Positions 9,458-15,571 of a stretch of DNA of 32,000 nucleotides are shown piece by piece. The translations under genes were made by a program, and so were the position numbers. Below the pieces are notes generated by a model. The model saw nothing but the letters and a program-made list of their open reading frames with translations. It did not search any database and was not told the DNA's origin. Origin of the DNA: Aliivibrio fischeri ES114 (GTDB lineage: Bacteria; Pseudomonadota; Gammaproteobacteria; Enterobacterales; Vibrionaceae); NCBI RefSeq assembly GCF_000011805.1, contig NC_006840.2, one strand, 5' to 3'. Each line of letters begins with the position of its first letter. Position 1 is the first letter of the stretch.

Positions 9458-10618
9458 GTGAATTTATATGAGCCTAGGTTCAATGCAGATAGGTTACATC
9501 CGTATTTTATCAGATTAGTTACTGATGAAAATTACGAACCAGTTAAAGATGTGATTCTTAATTGGGCTGATGGTATGGATGGTAGAAAAGGAGAACTTAT
9601 AAAGTTTATTGATGAATTTCAATTAAGTTTTAATTCATCATTATGGGAGTTGTACTTAAATGCTGCATTTAAGTATATCGGATTTGATATTGATTACTCT
9701 AAAGAGTCTCCTGATTTCTGTTTAACATCTAAATGTGGCAAAGTAGTAAATGTTGAAGCGGTAACAACTAATAATTCACGAAATAAAGATAAATCATATT
9801 ACGATAGTAAATCTATAAGTGAGTCAACGTCTCAAGATAATAAAGAATTCCTTGATGAGTCCACAATAAAGTTACTTGGGGCTATTAGAGAAAAACGAAA
9901 TCTGTTTATTGGTGAAGATAAAAAAGCACATCCATACTCTTCTTTAGAGCATGTCAAAGATAATCCTTTTGTTATTGCTGTTGCTCCATTTGATAATCAT
10001 TTGTCATTTACACAGAATAATACAGCTATTAACCGTGTTTTGTTTGGAATTGATCCTCCAAGACAAAATCATAGGGGGGAGCTAGTTAGAGACGATGTTG
10101 AACATGTAATTAAGAAGAACGGGACAAAATTAGATGTAGGTATATTTACAAATGATTCGTACAAGGAAATAAGCGCGGTAATTTTTTCTACTACAGGAAT
10201 GTTTGGTAAAGCAATTTTACAAAGTAAAATTGATGCAATGGTTAGAGCTACCAAGTATCGAGAATATAGTAAGAAAAAATTTCTATCAAATAAGCGAAAG
10301 AATAAAATAGGGCAGTCAGTTAAGAGGTTGAGTAAAACACATGAAATATATTCAATTCGATATCTGATAGGGGATTTAGTTGCTGGCTCAGATGTTCATT
10401 TTTGTCATGCTTCAGAATGGCATGAAAGCCATATCGATGGGTTACATATTTATTACAATCCATATGCAGAAATAAAGCTCGATAAAAAATTATTCAATAC
10501 ATTCCAAATAACTCAGAATAGCTTTGACATCAAAAATGATTGCGAAGTGCAAATCCACCCTGATGGTTCCTTGGTTTCAAGACAGGTGATGACAAGTTAC
10601 GAGGAAGAAATCGCCTAA
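9458..10618 (+). CDS. Hypothetical protein, PD-(D/E)xK-like N-terminal core (variant lacking the Lys)
   Basis: GTG start after AGAGG. 386-aa ORF. Motif series: LWELYLNAAFKY ... SPDFCLTS ... VNVEAVTT. The stop TAA lies within the attC-3 inverse core GCCTAAC. Confidence 0.6.
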   Translation: MNLYEPRFNADRLHPYFIRLVTDENYEPVKDVILNWADGMDGRKGELIKFIDEFQLSFNSSLWELYLNAAFKYIGFDIDYSKESPDFCLTSKCGKVVNVEAVTTNNSRNKDKSYYDSKSISESTSQDNKEFLDESTIKLLGAIREKRNLFIGEDKKAHPYSSLEHVKDNPFVIAVAPFDNHLSFTQNNTAINRVLFGIDPPRQNHRGELVRDDVEHVIKKNGTKLDVGIFTNDSYKEISAVIFSTTGMFGKAILQSKIDAMVRATKYREYSKKKFLSNKRKNKIGQSVKRLSKTHEIYSIRYLIGDLVAGSDVHFCHASEWHESHIDGLHIYYNPYAEIKLDKKLFNTFQITQNSFDIKNDCEVQIHPDGSLVSRQVMTSYEEEIA

Positions 10619-10738
10619 CAAATGCATCAACACGATTTACTACACTCGGCATCCTCAGGTTGTCGGGTGTTTCTCGTTTTAGGGTGTCGATTTTAAGTAT
10701 AATTGCTTGGTAGTAAACGTGTTATGCAGGCGTTATAT
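10613..10738 (+). repeat. attC-3 (family A, 126 bp)
   Basis: Inverse core GCCTAAC at 10613-10619 and core GTTATAT at 10732-10738. Confidence 0.9.
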
Positions 10739-10859
10739 CTAAATAAAGCTGTACAATAGAACCTACTGATATTATTATACTTTTGCATGAGCGTTTCGCT
10801 TAAATTGCTGCAATCGAAAATGAAAAATATTTGTATATTGCTCTTAATTGAGCGCTGAA

Positions 10860-11050
10860 TAGTGAAGATCTAGTTACTTATCAGCTTGTGCCAAGGGGCA
10901 CACCCTATGCCTGCCTCGTCTTTTGACCGAGAGTAGTCGAGGACAATAGGCTTAGCCAAACTAAACGGTGGCTGTTTACAAATATTATCGATGAATGCAA
11001 CACCGTTTGTTAATCTCTAGAGTATGAGTGGCTAGGCCTTTATTGTGCTA
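10860..11050 (+). ncRNA. Candidate retron msr/msd-type structured non-coding RNA upstream of the RT (boundaries unresolved)
   Basis: There is no credible ORF in 10739-11060. Nested inverted repeats:
- hairpin gtgcc/ggcac (10888-10892 / 10897-10901)
- hairpin cctcg/cgagg (10914-10918 / 10938-10942)
- long composite hairpin with a ~14-bp outer stem (10943-10957 / 11030-11046) and a 9-bp inner stem (10962-10970 / 11001-11009)
The structure ends 14 nt before the RT ATG. Confidence 0.45.
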
Positions 11051-11060
11051 AAGTGGAATT

Positions 11061-12248
11061 ATGTATCAATTAGAACCTATCAAAAAAACCAAGCAAGTCA
11101 TCGCCTCAATTCCTAATTTATGTTCTGCTTTAGATATAACTATTGATGAGTTGAATAAAGCTCTATCACTATCTTCTGAAGAACGCTATGTTCAAGGGAA
11201 AGTTTCAAAAAGTGATGGTAGCTATCGAGATGTTTATAATCCTCATAATCTAATCAGAAAGATTCAGCGACGGATTAATCGTAGAATTTTTATAAAATTA
11301 GTGGGCTGGCCTAGTTATATATTTGGTTCGATACCAAATAATATAGATAAAAATGGTAAGGTATTAGAAGCCAAAGATTATGTAAACTGTGCTGCTCAGC
11401 ATTGTTTAGCAAAAAGCTTGTTAAAGATGGATCTTAAAGATTTTTTTAACAATATTCATATAGATCATGTCAAAGAAATGTTTGAGAAATTTTTTAACTA
11501 TCCTAAAGATGTTTCTGAGGCATTAAGCAATATTTGCTGTAGAGGGGACTCTCTGGTTCAAGGAGCCTTAACATCAAGTTATATAGCAAGTTTGTGTTTA
11601 TGGGATCTTGAGCCACATTTAGTTAAAAGACTAAAAAGAAAGCAGCTAATTTATACAAGATTAGTTGATGATATAACTGTGTCTTCTAAAATATCAAACT
11701 TTCAGTTTGATATGACTATTGAGCATATTACATCTATGCTACATGAAATGGATTTACCAATAAATAATAGTAAAACCAAGGTTGCTTATACATCAATTGA
11801 ACCTTTAACAGTACATGGAATGAGAGTTAACTTTAAAGAACCAAGATACCCATCAGACGAAGTTAGAAGGCTAAGAGCTGCCGTTCATAATATTGAAAGT
11901 TTAGCCTCAGAGCCCGGTTATAGAGTAACATTTGCATATAGAAAAGATTTTAACCGATGTATGGGACGTGTTAATAAACTAAAAAGGGTTGAACATGAAA
12001 AGCACCAAACATTGGTTAATAAATTATTAAAAATCCTTCCTCTTCCATCGGAAAAGGATTTAAAACGTTGTAAGGCATCCATTCTTCGGTTAGAAACTGA
12101 TTTCCCGCTTAAAGGTGATACGTATTGGTACAGGAAGCGGTTTTATATCGTTCATGATCGATTAAATGTGTTGCAAAGAACTTATAAGAGAACGGCGTTG
12201 AAATTAAGAAATAGAATGAAACCAATTAGGCCTGAATATGATGATTAA
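11061..12248 (+). CDS. Retron-type reverse transcriptase (395 aa)
   Basis: RT motifs in order: SYRDVYNPHNLIRKIQRRI; NCAAQH (NAxxH-like); MDLKDFFNNI; LVQGALTSSY; YTRLVDDITVSS; NNSKTKV; LTVHGMRVN (VTG-like). It is compact, with no maturase or endonuclease domain. It is preceded by a structured leader and followed by an overlapping effector gene. Confidence 0.8.
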   Translation: MYQLEPIKKTKQVIASIPNLCSALDITIDELNKALSLSSEERYVQGKVSKSDGSYRDVYNPHNLIRKIQRRINRRIFIKLVGWPSYIFGSIPNNIDKNGKVLEAKDYVNCAAQHCLAKSLLKMDLKDFFNNIHIDHVKEMFEKFFNYPKDVSEALSNICCRGDSLVQGALTSSYIASLCLWDLEPHLVKRLKRKQLIYTRLVDDITVSSKISNFQFDMTIEHITSMLHEMDLPINNSKTKVAYTSIEPLTVHGMRVNFKEPRYPSDEVRRLRAAVHNIESLASEPGYRVTFAYRKDFNRCMGRVNKLKRVEHEKHQTLVNKLLKILPLPSEKDLKRCKASILRLETDFPLKGDTYWYRKRFYIVHDRLNVLQRTYKRTALKLRNRMKPIRPEYDD

Positions 12249-12963
12249 AATAATAAATTCGAACAAAGCACTTCGAAATCTTGTTTTCATATTTATATTT
12301 GTTGGTGCTATTGGTCTTTTGTTGTCTTTATTATCAATAATCATGACTATGTTGAATAATGAAACTTATAACTTAAACGTATGTTTGACAAGTAGCTGTA
12401 TGAAATATACATACGGTTTATTTGAGTACTCTCTTAAAATTATCAATATCACAATAACTTGTTTAACCTCGATTGCTACTATTGGGGGGATTTTTGTTGC
12501 TTTATTAAGCTATGTTAGTACTTCAAACAGTAGTGCATTAAATAATCATATTTCGCACTTTAAAATATTTAATGATTATTTAGTTTTTGAAATATCAAAA
12601 TCCGATAGATTAAATGTCTCAGCTATAGATATATTTAAGCTATATAACCTTATTTTTAGTTCTTCACGCTCAGGAAATATGGATGTATCAAAGCAATACA
12701 AACAAGTCGTGGAATCTTTAAATCAAGAAATAAATAACTCTAATCAATATGTTCAAGAAGCTGAGCCTGAATCATTTAGATATAAAAATCATCAGGTAAG
12801 AATGATCAGTCGTTTTGAATCCTTTGGTATTCAATTAAATTTTCATCCGAGAAATGATTTTTATGAAATTGAGGGTCAATTATTAGAGTTGATATCTACG
12901 ATTAATCAGGCTTTTTGTACGGATAGTATGCTTCCTAATATTGTTCATCGTAAATATATTTAG
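12238..12963 (+). CDS. Two-TM protein with unknown C-terminal domain; putative retron effector
   Basis: ATGATG at 12238 overlaps the RT stop (12246-12248) by 11 nt. TM helices LVFIFIFVGAIGLLLSLLSIIMTML and ITITCLTSIATIGGIFVALLSYV. About 145 aa of soluble C-terminus. Confidence 0.7.
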   Translation: MMIKIINSNKALRNLVFIFIFVGAIGLLLSLLSIIMTMLNNETYNLNVCLTSSCMKYTYGLFEYSLKIINITITCLTSIATIGGIFVALLSYVSTSNSSALNNHISHFKIFNDYLVFEISKSDRLNVSAIDIFKLYNLIFSSSRSGNMDVSKQYKQVVESLNQEINNSNQYVQEAEPESFRYKNHQVRMISRFESFGIQLNFHPRNDFYEIEGQLLELISTINQAFCTDSMLPNIVHRKYI

Positions 12964-13098
12964 ATATAACGAATGCATCAACACGATTTGCTACATTCGG
13001 CATTCTAGGTTTCTTTGGCTTTACCGTGTTAAGTGGTAAATTTAGGCTTAATCTGCATAGTAGCAGACGTGTTATGCTGGCAAAATTAGGAGTTAGGA
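12964..13098 (+). repeat. attC-4 (family B) with degenerate or displaced R' core
   Basis: Inverse core ATATAAC at 12964-12970. The right arm gcatagtagcagacgtgttatgctggc is followed by AAAATT where GTTRRR is expected. The nearest core-like heptamer, GTTAGGA, is at 13092-13098 within TTAGGA-G-TTAGGA. Confidence 0.7.
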
Positions 13099-13100
13099 AC

Positions 13101-13664
13101 TTGAAAGGTTTAGATATAAATAGGCAGTTTAATATGATCTTGCGGGCTATCTCTGCAATTATTCTACTTTTAGTACCAATTTACTTTGGGTATTTAGGAA
13201 AGACGACTGAAATGGGGTTACTCATTGTTTCTGGTTTTTTAGGTTTAGTTTTTTCTAGCTTAGATAAATTTGAAAGCTTTAAAGCCGGTGGGGTTGAAGC
13301 CAAATTAAGGTATGAACAAATTAAAGCTGTTTTAGAAAAGGAAATTGAACCAGAGTATTCTAATGAAACTGAGTCTTCGGATATTAATAATCCAAACTTG
13401 AAACTAGTTCCTGAAAATGCACAATCTGTCTTAACGGCTTTAAATAATTCAGATTATACGTGGCGTTATGTTTCTGGTATTAGTCAATCGATAAAATTAG
13501 ATAGAATTGATGTTAAGGCAGCACTTAAATGGCTCTTTGAACATGGGTACGTTAAGAAATCTATTGGCAAAAACGGTCAGATTTGGACGGTAACTTCAGA
13601 AGGTAGGAATTTATACGTGAGGATTCGATTCAAAGATGTACAAGGTGGGGTTGTGCCAGCATAA
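13101..13664 (+). CDS. Hypothetical membrane-anchored protein with C-terminal winged-helix-like domain
   Basis: The ORF-track start at 13026 lies inside attC-4. In-frame TTG 13101 follows AGGAG (13088-13092); ATG 13134 is an alternative. Two hydrophobic helices (ISAIILLLVPIYFGY, LLIVSGFLGLVFS). The C-terminus YTWRYVSGISQSIKLDRIDVKAALKWLFEHGYVKK...GQIWTVTSEG looks wHTH-like. Confidence 0.55.
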   Translation: MKGLDINRQFNMILRAISAIILLLVPIYFGYLGKTTEMGLLIVSGFLGLVFSSLDKFESFKAGGVEAKLRYEQIKAVLEKEIEPEYSNETESSDINNPNLKLVPENAQSVLTALNNSDYTWRYVSGISQSIKLDRIDVKAALKWLFEHGYVKKSIGKNGQIWTVTSEGRNLYVRIRFKDVQGGVVPA

Positions 13665-13782
13665 CGCCTGCATCACACGACTTGCTATGCTCGGCATTCT
13701 AGATTTCTTTGAGTTTACCGTTTTAAGTGATAAATTTTGGCTTAATCTGCATGGTAGCAAACGTGTTATGCAGGCGTTATGT
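13659..13782 (+). repeat. attC-5 (family B, 124 bp)
   Basis: Inverse core GCATAAC at 13659-13665, which contains the stop of the preceding ORF. Core GTTATGT at 13776-13782. Confidence 0.9.
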
Positions 13783-13796
13783 TTTCGAGGTATATA

Positions 13797-14267
13797 ATGA
13801 AGTTAAACCCATATGATGATTTTATTTTCTTTGATTCTTGTGCATTTAATGGCGGTAAATTAGAAATGCAGGAAGCATCTATGCAATCACGTTATTTGTT
13901 AGAATTGAATAATAAGAAAGTTACGTTAATGCATTCTGTTGTGGATGAAATTAATGCCCCGCATACACCTCCGTGGATTCAAGAGTTGGAGCCAAATTCG
14001 CGTAAGACTGTGAAGCTTAACTTAACTTCTTGTGAACAAACTATATTGGCTGATATTACATCAATTGTTGTCGGTAATGGAAAACCAGAAAAACGTGCAG
14101 CGGATTGCTTTCACGTATTTGAAGCTCAAAAATATGGAGGATTCTTTGTTACATCAGATAATGGAATACTTAGACACAAACTAAAAATTAAAGAAAAGTA
14201 TGACTTAAATATAATCGATCCAATAGAGTTTTTAAGTTTAGTACAAGAGTTCAGCCCTGAAACATAA
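13797..14267 (+). CDS. PIN-domain-like protein (putative ribonuclease), no partner gene in cassette
   Basis: ATG 13797 follows GAGG; ATG 13779 is also in frame. Four acidic positions show PIN-like spacing: FFDSCAF, VVDEINAP, AADCFHVFEA, FVTSDNGIL. Confidence 0.45.
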   Translation: MKLNPYDDFIFFDSCAFNGGKLEMQEASMQSRYLLELNNKKVTLMHSVVDEINAPHTPPWIQELEPNSRKTVKLNLTSCEQTILADITSIVVGNGKPEKRAADCFHVFEAQKYGGFFVTSDNGILRHKLKIKEKYDLNIIDPIEFLSLVQEFSPET

Positions 14268-14385
14268 CAAATGCATCAACATGATTTGCTACATTCGGCA
14301 TTCTAGGTTTCTTTTTGTTTTCCGTATTAAGTGGTAAATTTAAGCTTGGTTTGCATGGTAGCAAACGTGTTTGCCAGCGTTATGT
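14262..14385 (+). repeat. attC-6 (family B, 124 bp)
   Basis: Inverse core ACATAAC at 14262-14268 and core GTTATGT at 14379-14385. Confidence 0.88.
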
Positions 14386-14445
14386 GCTTTAAGCGATATC
14401 TAGTTAGTTTGGTATGTGATTAATAATTCGTCGTATAGTTAGATA

Positions 14446-14473
14446 TAAGGGCAGCTAATTTCAACTGCCCTTA
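14446..14473 (-). terminator. Hairpin downstream of the reverse small ORF
   Basis: Stem taagggcag (14446-14454) pairs with ctgccctta (14465-14473). There is no clear U-tract. Confidence 0.35.
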
Positions 14474-14488
14474 AGAACCTAAAATGTT

Positions 14489-14638
14489 TTAATTTTTACA
14501 ACCGTTTTTATCACAAGTGATTTTGTTGTGTGAATCTACCCAATGAGTTGATTCTTTTTTTGTATCGAATCCACATCCAGTAATACCACCTTTCTTACCG
14601 TTATGAACTATGCCAGTTGGTGTATGTTTGACTGCCAT
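14489..14638 (-). CDS. Small 49-aa Cys/His-containing protein, reverse-oriented in its cassette (not in ORF track)
   Basis: Hand translation: MAVKHTPTGIVHNGKKGGITGCGFDTKKESTHWVDSHNKITCDKNGCKN. AAGGAA SD lies 7-8 nt upstream of the ATG (14636-14638, reverse complement). A 9-bp hairpin lies downstream at 14446-14473. Confidence 0.5.
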   Translation of the reverse strand: MAVKHTPTGIVHNGKKGGITGCGFDTKKESTHWVDSHNKITCDKNGCKN

Positions 14639-14769
14639 ATAATTATTTCCTTATTTCAAAGTATGCCTGATTGGCGAGGCTATTCTAAAGTTGAAATAGC
14701 AAATAAAACTGCGTACTTTATGACATATTTTAAGTAAAAATTTAATAAAATAGGTATTTGTGAGTTAGC

Positions 14770-14873
14770 GCATAACAAAGCAACCAACATGATGATTACA
14801 CTTAGCATTCGCGGTTTAGAGTATAATTGGTTTGGAAAGTAAGTCGTTCGCACGTGTTATTGCGGCATTATGT
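14770..14873 (+). repeat. attC-7 (family C) with mutated core (ATTATGT instead of GTTATGT)
   Basis: Inverse core GCATAAC at 14770-14776. The right end is cacgtgttattgcggcATTATGT (14867-14873). The internal sequence matches attC-1. Confidence 0.75.
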
Positions 14874-14894
14874 GTTTAAAAGTAGGAAATAGTA

Positions 14895-15131
14895 GTGAGT
14901 TACGATAATCTGATTGTCCAATATAGAAAAATGTCTCTTGAGGAGCTAGAAAATGAACTTTTATTTCCATATCTTGATGAAAACTTAAAAGATATTGTGT
15001 TAAATGAAATTTCTTTAAGGCGCAGTAGAAAAATAACTTGGCACACTATTTTGTCGTTGGCTTTATCTGTTTTTGCTTTATTGATATCTGTTGCTACAGG
15101 ATGGAATTCAATTGTAGCTTGGTTTTCATGA
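14895..15131 (+). CDS. Small tail-anchored membrane protein (78 aa), hypothetical
   Basis: GTG start after AGGAAA. Soluble acidic N-terminus and a C-terminal TM helix, ILSLALSVFALLISVATGW. Confidence 0.5.
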   Translation: MSYDNLIVQYRKMSLEELENELLFPYLDENLKDIVLNEISLRRSRKITWHTILSLALSVFALLISVATGWNSIVAWFS

Positions 15132-15139
15132 GTTATGAG

Positions 15140-15164
15140 GCTCCCTATATTTATTATAGGGAGC
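15140..15164. terminator. Perfect 10-bp hairpin shared by convergent small genes
   Basis: Stem gctccctata (15140-15149) pairs with tatagggagc (15155-15164). There is no strong U-tract on either side. Confidence 0.45.
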
Positions 15165-15170
15165 AAAAAT

Positions 15171-15302
15171 TTATTCACCTTTTTTATGTTTATGTACTTT
15201 CAATGAACTGTGGTTTGGTTTATTTTCAGGTGTTACTCGTTGTCTTTTATCCTCTTTCCCTGTTGACTTAGCGATTGGTTTCGGACCTGGTTTTATAGTC
15301 AT
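15171..15302 (-). CDS. Small basic 43-aa protein, reverse-oriented (not in ORF track)
   Basis: Hand translation: MTIKPGPKPIAKSTGKEDKRQRVTPENKPNHSSLKVHKHKKGE. A GGAGA SD lies 5 nt upstream of the ATG (15300-15302, reverse complement). Confidence 0.4.
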   Translation of the reverse strand: MTIKPGPKPIAKSTGKEDKRQRVTPENKPNHSSLKVHKHKKGE

Positions 15303-15435
15303 AATATTCTCCATTTAATATGATGTGGATTAACATTTTTCCACCGTATTAATATGGCCTGAGTGAAGTTGGTTCGTATACTAAAATTTTTTGTATATTT
15401 GTCGTTATATGCGCATTTATGTGACAAATAAACAC

Positions 15436-15556
15436 ACATAAATGCATCCACATGATTTGCTACATTCGGTGTTGTGGTTTTTTTTGGTTTACTGCGTTTA
15501 ATGGTAAATCTGGGCTTAGTTTGCATGGTAGCAAATTTGTTATGCAGGCGTTATAT
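15436..15556 (+). repeat. attC-8 (family B) with damaged inverse core
   Basis: The left end reads acataa-atgcatcc. Two nt are missing relative to acataacaaatgcatc of attC-6, so the AAC triplet is lost. Core GTTATAT at 15550-15556. Confidence 0.75.
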
Positions 15557-15571
15557 TTTAATGAGGAAAGT

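Noticed and set aside
8637-10254. Antisense 61-aa ORFs 8637..8822 and 10069..10254
   Set aside because: They are shadow ORFs opposite long, well-supported cassette genes.
10787-10858. 23-codon ORF (MSVSLKLLQSKMKNICILLLIER) in the RT leader
   Set aside because: It has no SD and lies in a region better explained as a promoter or non-coding leader. I cannot exclude it as a leader peptide, but nothing supports it.
11061-12248. RT considered as a group II intron or diversity-generating retroelement RT
   Set aside because: It has no maturase/X or endonuclease domain. There are no intron RNA domain V/VI-like structures flanking it and no template/variable repeat pair. At 395 aa it is compact, with a retron-like N-terminus and a VTG-like motif.
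14900-15526. Track ORFs 14900..15178 (-), 15038..15271 (+) and 15299..15526 (-)
   Set aside because: They overlap each other, the better-supported 78-aa ORF or attC-8. They lack SD sequences and have low-complexity or odd composition. The 43-aa minus-strand ORF with a GGAGA SD explains the region better.
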